DNA from: Octopus sinensis
Lineage: Eukaryota
Direction of reading: 5' to 3'
Assembly: GCF_006345805.1 (NCBI RefSeq)
Contig: NC_043011.1
Span: 2,294,001-2,358,000, forward strand
DNA: 64,000 nt
Shown: positions 36,202 through 48,789 of the stretch, piece after piece
How positions within the stretch are numbered: position 1 is the stretch's first letter
How the letters are laid out: each line of letters starts with the position of its first letter
Program-made: the position numbers and the translations under genes
The notes under the pieces: generated by a model
The model's input: the letters and a program-made list of their open reading frames with translations, nothing else
Database searches by the model: none
What the model was told of the DNA's origin: nothing

Positions 36202-36710
36202 CATATAACATTGCAGGTAGAACTGTGCTATTGATGAGATTGGCATGGGTGGTCCTGTCCAAACATCCCTTGAACACATCCCTTATGCCATTAAACGCTA
36301 CAACAAAGAGAGAATAGCAGAGATTGGTAACGGCTCAAAGAGCCATGGAGAGGTCAATGCTTGGAATGTTGTTGAGAGAGCACATCAGTAGCGAGGTCAT
36401 CAGAGTGAAGTCCAGCATGAGGGATGTCATCATAGAATATACATGCAGCAAGTTTAGATGAGCTGGACACGTCGCCTGGCACATCGATAACCGGTGGACC
36501 TGTGCAGCTATCAAGTGGTGCCCATGCGAGTGGAAACGACCACTTGGAAGGCCTCCACGACAGTGGAGTTACAATTTCAGGAGGGCGATTGGGATCACAT
36601 GGATGAGGAAGGCATGATCCAAAGGGGAGTGGACAGCGTGCTGTGACCAGTGGCGTCAAATGGACGCCCAATGGACTGGTTGGTCAAGGTGATCAAGGTG
36701 ATATATATAC
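36202..36710 (+). mobile_element. 5'-truncated RTE LINE with 5' inversion
   Basis: Plus strand 36297-36690: QRLVTAQRAMERSMLG...AGHVA...NRWT...W.P..WKRPLGRPP; minus strand 36298-36202: AFNGIRDVFKG...NSTVLPAMLY; tail (GGTGATCAA)n. Confidence 0.85.
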
Positions 36711-37129
36711 ATATGTATATATATACTTGTAATTTTGGAGCATAATTGAAATACCAGCATTCCTACATACACTGGCTGTAGTTCATTTCAATAATATGTA
36801 TAATTATAGATTGTGTGTGTGTGTGTGTGGAAAAAAATGGACACATTGAAAAAGAAAAAATAATACAATAGAAAAATCCCCTGCTGGTAACGTGTACATG
36901 ACTATTGAAATCATAACAAACATAAGAGAGCAAGAAAATCAGTTGCTATAGAGGAAATGAGGAAGCTACAGAAGTGTGATGACAAATTATACCAAAATAT
37001 TCAATAATTAATTTCCAATAAAAGTGCAGTGAACTACAACCTGTGTGTTTATGTTGGCATAACGACATTCCTAAAGTGCAAGAATATCTGTTCCAATATA
37101 TAGTTTAATACAAAATAATCTTGCATATA

Positions 37130-37530
37130 GGCGCAGGAGTGGCTGTGTGGTAAGTAGCTTGCTTACCAACCACATGGTTCCGGGTTCAGTCCCACTGTGT
37201 GGCACCTTGGGCAAGTGTCTTCTACTATAGCCTCGGGCCAACCAAAGCCTTGTGAGTGGATTTGGTAGACGGAAACTGAAAGAAGCCCGTCGTATATATG
37301 TATATACATATATATATGTGTGTGTGTGTATGTTTGTGTGTCTGTGTTTGTCCCCCTAGCATTGTTTGACAACCAATGCTGGTGTTTATGTCTCCGTCAC
37401 TTAGTGGTTCGGCAAAAGAGACTGATAGAATAAGTACTGGGCTTACAAAGAATAAATCCTGGGGTCGAGTTACTCGACTAAAAGGCAGTGCTCCAGCATG
37501 GCCGCAGTCAACTGACTGAAACAAGTAAAG
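37130..37530 (+). mobile_element. SINE family A
   Basis: Matches the family consensus. Confidence 0.92.
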
Positions 37531-38946
37531 GGTATATACAAAAGCAATATATACAAATATACATCTGTCAGAATAAATAAGTCGGTTACAACTGTGTAGA
37601 CATGTAAAAAAAAAAGCTTGAAACAATTTATTTTAGATGCATGATAAATGCACACATTCATATCTTTTATGCAGTTGTATTTGTGTACACACTTACTTAC
37701 ATACACACAAACATGCATACCCATGCAAGCACACACATATATATGCACACACTCACACACACGTGCTTATTATTACTATTTTATGTACTCCCATGAAATA
37801 TATCTCAGAAATATTTTTTCCTTTGTGAGAATAATGAATTTGCTGAATATAAATACACTTCCTATTCTGTAATGCTTAGTATAATATTGAGCAAAACAAG
37901 TCCAACTGGCTTTATAGTACAATATTTTATGCAAATTTTGGATCCAATAGTTAAAACATTGCCACATGTTAGTTTATAAATATTTAGGGATGAAAGCTTG
38001 AAAAGCTGTATATTTATGACATCAAAATATTTAACAGTTAATGAATTGTACATTGAATTGCGAAGCATTAAATCTGCATTTTTATTTTGAACTGGAAATC
38101 AATTACGTTTTATATTTAGTATTTAATATTTATAGTTTTTACCAGAATAAGTTCTACCTTATCTACTCCCTCACACACATATATTATATATACACACACA
38201 CACACACACACACGTATATATATGATATAAATTATATGAAATATTACATATATATATATATATATATATACATATAATGTATGTGTGTTTATATATGTAT
38301 ATTTATAATGTTTATGTGTGTGTGTATTCATACACACACATGAAGTCTTAATTCATAACTTTTCTAAGTCTATAACACAAATTAAAATCATAGCTTTGTG
38401 ACAATCTCTGGTTTTATTTAATTGACTTCAAAAGCAAATTGAAAAAGACTATCACTGTATTTTTTTATATTTTACTTTCATCTATAAATTGATAATTAAA
38501 AGCCCTCAAAAAAGACAGGATGAAAGTAATTTCACAAAGATATTTTAATAAAGATAAAAATGTAATTCCTTTGAAGTAAAATCATTTTAGTCTTTCAGCA
38601 ACACTAATTTCCATAAGCTGCAGATTTATTTCTGCTCACTAACTATTATAAAAGAATTCCAATATTTTCATGGATACCTCACTTCAATTTTGAAATATGT
38701 CACTCTAATTTACTTTGTTTTGTTACAAAAATATCTGTGGAGTTGTTTTGTTTATGATGTTGTTGTCTTTGGTGTTGCTGCTAAGAGCTGTAGTGTTGGT
38801 TGTAATGACAATAATGAAGATTAAAATACTGATAGTAATGATAAAATAAAACTGCTAATATTGTTTTTAAAATTCTGTTTGCTTTTGAAGTGTAAAACTG
38901 AACAGCATTGTGGCTGATTTGCCTAAGTATGTAAGGCAGTTAACAT

Positions 38947-39329
38947 GGAGGTGCAATGGCCCAGTGGTTAGGGCAGTGGACTCGCGGTCATAGGATCACA
39001 GTTTCGATTCCCAGACCGGGCGTTGTGAGTGTTTATTGAGCGAAAGCACCTAAAGCTCCACGAGGCTCCGGCAGGGGATGGTGGTGATCCCTGCTGTACT
39101 CTTTCACCACAACTTTCTCTCACTCTTACTTCCTGTTTCTGTTGTACCTGTATTTCAAAGGGCCGGCCTTGTCACTCTCTGTGTCACGCTGAATATCCTC
39201 GAGAACTACGTTAAGGGTACACGTGTCTGTGGAGTGTTCAGCCACTTACACATTAAATTCACGAGCAGGCTGTTCCATTGATTCAGATCAACCGGAACCC
39301 TCGTCGTTGTAATCGACGGAGTGCTTCCA
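38947..39329 (+). mobile_element. SINE family B with A tail
   Basis: TSD GGCAGTTAACATG; A12 tail. Confidence 0.92.
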
Positions 39330-39622
39330 AAAAAAAAAAAGGGCAGTTAACATGATAATAGATTAAACATGTACTTCGTAATATTCAGTTATACAACCTA
39401 TATTCTTTCATACTTCTGTTAGTTTCAGATATTAGATTGCAGCCATACCAGGGTACCTTCTTCAAGAGTTTTAGTTGATTACATTCACCCCACGTCCTAT
39501 TTCAGTCTGATATCTAATTTAGTGATTTCCATGTATTGAATGGCTTGTTACTTTTTGTCACACCAACTTATACTGATGTACACGTACTCTGATTCAAAGA
39601 CAAAACATATACAGAGACACAC

Positions 39623-39664
<42 letters not shown>

Positions 39665-39754
39665 TTGTCTGTCTGTTTGTCTGTCTACTGTCCGACTTTA
39701 TTTATACATTAAGACACACACACACATACACATACAAAAATACATACATATATA

Positions 39755-39983
39755 TTTCTTTACTACCCACAAGTGGCTAAACATAGATGGACAAACAAGG
39801 ACAGACAAAGGGATTAAGTCGATTACATTGACCCCAGTGCGAAACTGGTACTTTATTTATCGACCCCGAAAGGATGAAAGGCAAAGTCAACCTCGGCGGA
39901 ATTTGAACTCAGAACGTAACGACAGACGAAATACCGATAAGCATTTCGCCCGGCACGTTAACGTTTCTGCCAGCTCGCCGCCC
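39755..39983 (-). mobile_element. SINE family E
   Basis: Colinear with 9105-9335. Confidence 0.85.
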
Positions 39984-40260
39984 GCTGTACTGCTGGTGTT
40001 GGCACATATATGTGCCAACACCAGCAGTACAGTGAGACTATACCAGCCCCACACCAAAAATTACCAACGACAGCACCCACATCACCACCGTTGACAATAG
40101 TGCCAATGCTATGGCCAGAAATGACCACCACAATAACAAAAATCACAGCAGCCACAGCAGCATTGCTCGATCCACGTACTGTAAGGATAACAGCATTGAT
40201 GGCAGCTCCAACAACACTGGTGACAACAACAACTCCCTCAGGCCTGGAGCCAACTGAAGA

Positions 40261-40890
40261 TGCACGAGTAATGTGAATGCAACCAACACACAAGCCTGGA
40301 AATATATAGGATCAGCCAAGATGGCCTTCGGGTGACACCTGTACCATCACAGGTCCTCCTTCATGGTCCCGGAAAGATGATTTGTCACATCCCTGGCCAA
40401 CCATGTGTGGCACCTGAAAGATGAAGGAAACCCATACTATATCAAGCGGAAGATCTTGGAGCAGCTGGGACCCTATATCAACGGGAGCATATGCTGCAAG
40501 CTTTGCATAGATGAATGATCTAGGATACTCAAAGACTACCAAGAATCTGGATCCCTGAATACTCACCAAGATATCTTCAGCCCCTGCATCTATTTCAAGT
40601 ACTACTTGCTGCAAGCATGGGATTCCCCACTCTCTGACTAAGCCTGGAAGGGTATTTACAATCCAAAAGCAGACCAAGGGAAAAATCCCTTGTTCCCCCT
40701 TTCCCAGCCCACAACTAGCTGATCTAACGGAGATAAACCATCCTCATTAACACCAAACTTTTTATTCTTTGATGATTAAACGACCAATGACTGTAATGGA
40801 TTTCTGCCTCCCAGAGATGAAGAGTTATATTTGTCTTTGGACTAGAGTATGATGAGATGGGAAACCATTGGTCACTCTATGACCAGACAT
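40261..40890 (+). pseudogene. Penelope-like element GIY-YIG endonuclease C-terminus plus 3' region
   Basis: One frame with 3 stops: KYIGSAK.AF..HLYHHRSSF...TSLANHVWHLKD...CKLCIDE..IL...LNTHQDIFSPC; degenerate HHR at 40843-40879. Confidence 0.8.
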
Positions 40891-40902
40891 TAACTTTATT
40901 AC

Positions 40903-40939
<37 letters not shown>

Positions 40940-40942
<3 letters not shown>

Positions 40943-41053
40943 CCACCGTGACCGACCAAGCCATCAGATGTTGCTACACATCGCTGGTCACAATGCGCTT
41001 CGCATTGTTTTAGCCTTCAAATGATGCCACCCCGCTGGCTAAGCGAGCAGGCC
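40940..41053 (-). mobile_element. SINE tail fragment (family D) within (TA)n
   Basis: Colinear with 49738-49850. Confidence 0.7.
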
Positions 41054-41081
41054 ATATATATATATATGTGTGTGTGTGTGT

Positions 41082-41418
41082 GAAGGTGCATGGCTTAGTA
41101 GTTAGAGCATTGAGCTTACGATCATGAGGTTGTGAGCTCAAATCCTGGATTGGGCTGCATGTTGTGTTCTTGACCAAGTCACTTTATTTCACGTTGCTCC
41201 AGTTCACTCAGCTGTAGAAATTAGTTGTGATGTCACAGGTGCCAAGCTGTATCGGCCCTAGCCTTTCCCTTGGATAACACTGGTGGCATGGAGAGGGGAG
41301 GCCGGTATGCATGGGCGACTGCTGGTTTTCCATAAACAACCTTGCTCAGACTTGTGCCTGGGAGGGTAACTTTCTTGGTGCAATCCCATGGTCTATGTCA
41401 TGACCGAAGGGGTTCTCA
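41082..41418 (+). mobile_element. tRNA-derived SINE family F
   Basis: A/B-box head GGCTTAGTAGTTAGAGC...GAGCTCAAATCC; core TTCTTGACCAAGTCACTTTATTTCACGTTGCTCCAGTTCACTCAGCTG. Confidence 0.75.
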
Positions 41419-41542
41419 GAATATATATATATATATGTTGATAGAAATGGTAAGACAACAAAACAATGAAAGAGACTTCGATATTATGTAAATAGAGGAA
41501 TTTATCTGTAAACACCATCTGTGACAATTATTCGGTAGCCAT

Positions 41543-41603
41543 GATAAAACTCCAAGTTTCAGATGTTGGGGCAGAAACCCATACCACCATCTCTTCAGTT
41601 ATC
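41543..41603 (-). ncRNA. Type I hammerhead candidate (left arm)
   Basis: GAUAA-CUGAAGA-GAUG...CAUC-U-GAAAC-uugga-GUU-UUAUC. Confidence 0.55.
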
Positions 41604-41866
41604 TGGCCATCGAAAAATATTATTTCTATCAATAAGTTACCTCCCGTATACTGCTATTTTTCTGTAAGGGCTAATACAGCTTATTTTGAAAAATTGCCAG
41701 AAATCAGTTGAGGATTCTTCTCACAGAAGAATTCAATATAGATGCCTACTACATCGATTATTCTATGAAAAACATACCTATACCATCAAGGGAACTTATA
41801 ATCCAAGAAACTTTTGGAGAAAATTTCAGACCTTATTAAGTGAAGATAGCATTTTTCCGATGGTCG

Positions 41867-41927
41867 AATAACTGAAGAGATGGCAGCGTGGGTTTCTGCC
41901 CTAACATTCGAAACTCAGAGTTTTATC
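41867..41927 (+). ncRNA. Type I hammerhead candidate (right arm)
   Basis: AAUAA-CUGAAGA-GAUG-GCAG...CUGC...CAUUC-GAAAC-ucaga-GUU-UUAUC. Confidence 0.6.
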
Positions 41928-41957
41928 ATGGCTACAGAACAATTGTCATATATTTAC

Positions 41958-41994
<37 letters not shown>

Positions 41995-41997
41995 TAT

Positions 41998-42294
41998 AAA
42001 CAATTGCAGTGTGGAAGGTATTTATAAGCCATTTAAGAAACACACAAAAACCGTTAGATTCACTTCAACATTTAATTTTAATTTGTCAAAATATTTTCGT
42101 CACTTTGAGACCGCAATCTGTTTACTGACAAAATTCTGTGCTGCATCTCTGCACAGAATTTTGTCAGTAAACAGATTGTGGTCTCAAAGTGACGAAAATA
42201 TTTTGACAAATTAAAATTAAATGTTGAAGTGAATCTGACGGTTTTTGTGTGTTTCTTAAATGACTTATAAGCACCTTCCACACTGCAATTGTTT
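41998..42294. repeat. 297-bp inverted repeat (144-bp arms, 9-nt spacer)
   Basis: Arms 41998-42141 and 42151-42294; about 5 mismatches, all transitions. Confidence 0.92.
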
Positions 42295-42359
42295 TCGTTC
42301 CAGCACACAATCTCAAATCAGGTCACTTGCTATGCAAGTACATCTCTGTAATATATATA

Positions 42360-42414
<55 letters not shown>

Positions 42415-42587
42415 ATATACATTTATATATATGCACACACACACACACACAATGAACTTCCACAGTTCTCATCTATCAATCCCCACTCACTAAGTAATAT
42501 TGTATTATCTCGTTTGTAATATGAAAACTCAAATGTATATATACTCGTTACATTATTCTACTTTTTACTTTTTATCCCTTTTCACAG

Positions 42588-42606
42588 TCATAAAGATAAG
42601 TGTCAC
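42588..42606 (+). other. Candidate 19-nt micro-exon
   Basis: ctttttactttttatcccttttcacag|TCATAAAGATAAGTGTCAC|gtaagt. Confidence 0.35.
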
Positions 42607-42718
42607 GTAAGTACTTGGTGTGATGTGATGTATCTGAGTAAACCTTTGAAGACAGTGTCCTGAATGGTCACAGTGAAATAACTGAAACCAGTAAAAGAAA
42701 GAAGATGAATATACTTAC

Positions 42719-42857
42719 TTTGTACTCTGTATTCTTCAGTGTATAATACTCATGACAACTATCATGACAACTTTTAAAAAAGTGAGACAATATCAGTCTT
42801 TTCATAGATATCATTATCAAGATTTTGTAAATATTTATTGTGTTCTTGGTTTGTCTC
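42719..42857 (-). CDS. Weak candidate exon RQTKNTINIYKIL...SCHDSCHEYYTLKNTEYK
   Basis: Open frame, strong donor AAA|GTAAGT, weak acceptor. Confidence 0.2.
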
Positions 42858-44219
42858 CTAAACATTCTTTCTAAAATCTGTGTGCATATTTTGTATTGAT
42901 AAATAAGTAAATTACGGAATTACAGGATAATATTCTGCCATGAAGCATCTCACTACGATCTAGTTTGCTTACCTATAAAAACACTTTTATTTCACTGCTA
43001 TACGTAATAGCAAGTCAGTAAAAGTAGATGTTTAGTTAACTTAGACGAATTAACTAATATCCTGTTACAATTACCAGATGATGGTCTTGACTCTTTAATT
43101 GGAGTTGTCTTTATATATGTAGGACTAATCATCCAATTATGTTTCTAATTTGGAAAGTTAATCTACTTACTTTTCTTGATGACAGAAAAACCAACTAAAT
43201 AACCATCCTCATGATCATCATCAGCATTTAATATCCGTTTTCCATGCTAGTATGTGTTGGATGGCTTGACTGAAACTGACCAGGTCAGGGACTACACCAG
43301 GTTCCATAGTCTGTTGGCATTTTTGACAATACAATGCTAATCCCCATGATAATATAATCCTTTTGGTATGCTATATCTAAATTCTCTGAAGCCATGCTGT
43401 GCATTCTGCCATCCAATATATTGCAATTCGAGATGAATTATATCAACGATTTGGGATGTATGCTGGGATGTATGCTGGTTTCAAGTTTACGTCTATATAA
43501 GAAACTAAACATAGGTGTAAAGAAGCTGGAATGGTTGGACTTGGATATAGTCTTTATTACTTGGAATTTACTGGGCACAGTCATAATATACAACACAAAC
43601 TTTGTGTTCTGAATTCTTGTGGTTTAGACTTAATCAGTCATCTTATTTAACACTATCACCTGGTACCTTTAGTGGACATCACACTGTCACAAGTATTTGG
43701 GCCAAGTCTATAGTTAGAAGATAACTTCCTCTCACCAGACTTGGAGGTCTCTAATAATGCTTCCTAGTGTTGATAGTTTGGTACATCAGAAACATATGGC
43801 TGACCATGTCGAAATATTTGTTTTTGTTTTTGAATTGTGTTCAATAATGCATTGCTGTGATACTCTCTCAAGAAGGCTTTCATTAAGTTCTGCATATTGT
43901 TGTTAAGGATGAAATCTGGATCAAAACTATCAGATTCTACACAAAGCTATTCACACGAAAGCAATTTAATCACCTCCTTAAATTTGCAATATCATTTTTG
44001 TGTCAAAATTTTTCTATTAAATCAAGGTCCTGCTTATTTAAATCTAAACTGATAGAAAAAAAAGTTTGTTTCCATTTTAATTGGTATAATATGACTTGCT
44101 ATAGTTCTCTATGAATGGAGTGTGTTTGTGAATATTGGAACCATTAATTTTAGCTCCAGACTACAGCTTTTTCTCTTTTTAAATGCATACACACACATGT
44201 ATATATGTGTATATGTATA

Positions 44220-44224
<5 letters not shown>

Positions 44225-44250
<26 letters not shown>

Positions 44251-44373
44251 TATATTTATATATGTATGTATATGTGTGTATATATGTGTATGTGTGTATG
44301 TAAATATATGTATATGTGCATGTGTGTGCTTATGCTTACACTTGAATGTGTGTATGCATACACACAGACATTC

Positions 44374-44406
<33 letters not shown>

Positions 44407-44526
44407 TATATTTATATATGTATGTATATGTGTGTATATATGTGTATGTGTGTATGTAAATATATGTATATGTGCATGTGTGTGCTTATGCTTACACTTG
44501 AATGTGTGTATGCATACACACAGACA

Positions 44527-44560
<34 letters not shown>
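44225..44560 (+). repeat. 2 x 156-bp tandem duplication of a TA/TG-rich unit
   Basis: CTTGAATGTG at 44341 and 44497. Confidence 0.9.
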
Positions 44561-44563
<3 letters not shown>

Positions 44564-45620
44564 TCATATATAAGTATGTGGGTGTGCACATACATACATA
44601 CTTACATACATACATACATACATTTACACATATATATGTATATATATATGTGTGTGTGTATATCATTTACCTATTGTCTTCTGCAATGCATTCACCATAA
44701 AATATTCTATTTAGTTTACATGGCCTCGGGATAACTGCTCTATAATTGAAGTTAACTAATCTAATCTATGTAATTTGTGCTGCCATTATCACTAAGTGTA
44801 TGAATGTATCTATAAGTTTGTTCCTATATATGTGAATGCATGTGTTATGATTTTATCTGTACATACATTAGAATGAGTACTAAGATGCATGCAGACTACA
44901 AGTTTTTGACTGGCAGGTATGTTATTTTAATGGTACAAAAAATATTTCTAATTGCATCAAATTAAAATCTATTTCTGTCCAAAGCAGAAAACAGTACAAA
45001 TCTTTGTCATATTTTGTCTTATACTTTTATTTATTTTTAGTTTTAATTTGTGTTTAGTGTGTGTGTGTGTGTGGTGTGTGTGTGTGTTGAAATAGAAGTA
45101 AAATTGCATAAGATGGTAGGCTGCAGTGAGGAGAGTTTCTGATGCCTTAGATAATATCTTTCTTCGAAGAATGAGAAAAATATTTACTTCATTAATCAGT
45201 GATATTTAAGACATGAAAATGAGAGGAAGTGACAGGGAGTAGAAGTTGCTTAGTTGTGCATGCATATGAAATAAATGGCTAAAGATAAAAGGTGTGGGAA
45301 AAAAAAAAAGGAATGATAATTTGGGTCAAGATAAGGATAAGAGCAATAAAGGAAAAGGAAGCTAAAGCAAGAATAAATGGTTAGTAAAAGACAGTGATGG
45401 AGTGACGACTTGGTGAGGTCAGTTAGTGACCCCCTAACACGAGGTTTGTTACCAGTATTACTCACACACTTGCATTAGTCATATACATACAGTTGGTAAG
45501 AATCTAGCTGTTTATCTAAAAGAATTTTTAATGGAACATAAACACATTTACATGGACTCACTCATAGACACAAATCTAAGTTTGACCTGAACAACATTTT
45601 ATATTCTTAGCATCTAAGTA

Positions 45621-46865
45621 TTGGGTCATCCCATAAATAATGCATTTTTATTTTCAATTGCATGAACTTAAACCCAGAGGAGGACAGGATAAACTACTTG
45701 CACTAACTTGCTATAAAAGTAGGCAGTAATTTTACCTTGTGCTTATTCTTAGTGCAAGTTTTGAAGAGTGCAGTTCGATTTTAACAGTTATTTTTTCAAA
45801 GCTATAACAAAAATGACAAAGGAGCATATCTGGCATATTTTGCTTCATGAGTTCAATAAAGGCAACAATGCTACAGAAAGTGTGAGTAATATTAATGCAG
45901 TATATGGGGATCAGACAATAAGCATAAGCCAGTGTCAATGGTGGTTCCAGAAATTCTGAGCTGGAAACTACAGCCTGGAAGATGAGCCTTATCATGGAAG
46001 ATCTGTAGAACTCGATGAGGACATCCTGAAAACTCTGGTGGAACAAAATCCTATCGTAACTGCTGAGAAACTATCAGAGATGCATGGATTTGGTCATTCA
46101 ACCATTCATTGACACCTGTGTGCCATCGCAAAAATCAGCAAATTGGGTCAGTGGGTTCCTCACCAGCTTTCCAAGTCTAATCACACGCAGAGAGTGAAGG
46201 TGTGCTCTTTTTTACTTTTATGTCTCATGAATGAACTTTTTTTGGACTGAATAGTGACTGGTGAAGAGAAATGGGTTCTCTATGAAAATGTCAATCACCA
46301 AAGATAGTGGGTAGGGAAAGGAGAAACACAGGCACCCCAGGCTAAAGAACGTCTTCACCCACATAAGGTGTTGTTATCTGTTTGGTGGGATATGAAAGGT
46401 TTAGTCCACTTTGAACTTTTAGACCCAAAGCAAATGATAACAAAGAAGATCTACTGTGAGCAGCTTGAGTGGCTTAAGTCAGCACTAGAACACAAACGAT
46501 CATCTTTGGTTTCAAGACAAAAGGTGTTCTTCCATCTGGATAATGCTTGACCACATACAGTTAGGATGACATTCCAAAAGCTGGAGCAGTTTCAATGGGA
46601 AACGATGACCCACCCACCATATTCGCCAGATATTGCCCTATCTGATTATCATTTATTTCAATGTCTTCAAAATCATTTTGGATGGAAAAAATACGAATTC
46701 TGGAGGAGTATTTTTTGTCACGGACAAGTGAATTTTAGAAGAAGGACCTTGCAAGATAGCTAAAAGAGCATTGTAGAAAATGAAGGAGAATATGTTTTGA
46801 ATTAAAGAAGAACTTTGTTTATCTTAATTTTGAAAAATAAAAGAAGTGTAAAAAACTGCATTATT
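45621..46865 (+). pseudogene. Near-full-length mariner (D,D34D) with inactivated transposase
   Basis: TA|TTGGGTCATCCCATAAATAATGC left TIR; HTH from ATG 45813; WVPHQL; IVTGEEKW; HLDNA; HPPYSPDIALSDYHLF; several stops; right TIR ends at GCATTATT. Confidence 0.92.
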
Positions 46866-46904
46866 CCTACAAATCTAAATCTATTGTATTTTCCAGTTCT
46901 TTTC

Positions 46905-47332
46905 TTTTTTTCTTTCATTTGTTTGAGTCATTTGACCGTGGCCATGCTGCAGCACCGCCTTTAGTCGAACAAATCAACCCCAGAAATTATTCTTTGCAAG
47001 CCTAGTACTTATTCTATTGGTCTGCTTTGCTAAACCACTGAGTTACAGGGATGTAAACACACCAACATCAGTTGTCAAATGATGGTGGGGGGACAAATAC
47101 AGACACACAAGCATACACACACACACACATACACACACACACATACACACACACACACATATATATATGACAGGTCTCTTTCAGTTTCCATCTATCAAAT
47201 CCACTCACATGCCTTTGGTCGGCCTGAGATTATAGTAGAAGACACTTGCCCAAGGCGCCACACAGTAGGATTGAATCTAGAACCATGTGGTTGGTAAGCA
47301 AGCTACTTACCACACAGCCACACTTGCACTTA
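46905..47332 (-). mobile_element. SINE family A (diverged)
   Basis: Matches the consensus with more substitutions. Confidence 0.88.
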
Positions 47333-48789
47333 TGTCTAATTAAGTTACATATGTCTGTTTTTAGGTATGGTTGTTGTTGTCATTGTATGTTCTACTGTAC
47401 TGAATCTCTGGCATATGTTTGTCTCAAAAATATAAATATAAATTTTAGGTACTTTCTGTAAATGTGACTTCAATTTGATTTTTTGATTTTTGTGTCTTAA
47501 CGTGTGTATTATTACATTTGAATACAAAATACAACCAGATTATATCAGGATAATGCAATATAGTATTACTTTAAAAAAATTTACCATATTTTCTGGGTGT
47601 ACAACACTCACCTAGTATACCAGACTACATGCTTCTCACTCCTAACTATAAATCAATCATATGCTTTTACTATGCAGTTCTATAGTATACAAGTGGTATC
47701 TAATCCTATTGTATGTAGTTTTAACATCTAAATTCCTTTATGTGAAACAAGATAATACCAAATAATGTTGTAAAATATATTTTAACACTGAGCATTAGAG
47801 TTGGAAATTTCCTTTGAAGCCAACTATTTCAGATCATAACATAACAATATACATGGAGGGCAAACAATCATTGTATAGAAAGACATTATTGTTTATTATA
47901 TTTTCAATGGGAAAAAAACTGAGAAGATGCTTTTCTGAATTGAAAATGAGTAGAGAATAAGGAGGAAATGAAGCAAATATTTTTAAAGAGTGAGCACCAA
48001 AGAGGAACTTAAAATACAAAGGGAAATTCAAATTCAATCAATAAAACTTTTGTTTTTTTATTGATTTTCGATACGAGTTCAAATTTTAGTTTTGAAAAAT
48101 ATCCTCCTTTCTGATTTTGGTTAATAAAAACAGTTTTATTACTTTGAAATTTAAAGCAATGGGGAAGGAATGGAAATTCAGTCTATTGACATCATTTTAT
48201 CTGATTTTATTTATTTATGGTTATTTTTCATGTAATTCATGTATATGATGTCAGATGTACTTATCAAGGGAACAATCACACAATTATTTATCATGCAGTG
48301 TTCCAATGTTCTTAGCAACTGTGTGCTGATAAAACTGAAGAAAAACTGAAATAAGATTTCTTCCAACCCTGACATAAAGAAAATTTTGGACACATTTTTT
48401 TCTCAAAGTCTGTTTTACTTAAAATGTTCCTTCACAAAAAAGATTAAATATGAATTGGTAAATGCTGGAATGCTATATACTTAAGTCTGTTTGTATTATA
48501 AGTTTAATTCTTTTGCAAGTTGACTTTGACTTATCTCAAGTTGATGAAATAAGTAAGCCACTTCCTCAATTATCCCTCTAATTTTTTAACTTGTGCTAAT
48601 ATTAGACATCAATATAAGCTAATAAATTTTAGATAAGTGAATGACAGATACATCCTCATATGTTGAATCTTGGCTAAATGAAGTCTTCCGGCTACAGTTA
48701 TGGGAGCACATGAATTCAACACTGCAGCTAACACAATTAATTTTAAACCAGAGTTATTCTTTAAGATAATTGTTTTCTTTGCACTAAGG

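Larger units (their letters stand above)
41503..41960 (+). mobile_element. PLE fragment: inverted HHR-bearing repeats flanking an ORF N-terminus
   Basis: Arms 41503-41618 and 41851-41960 are reverse complements (about 85%); DYSMKNIPIPS...KKLLEKISDLIK at 41757-41840. Confidence 0.75.
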
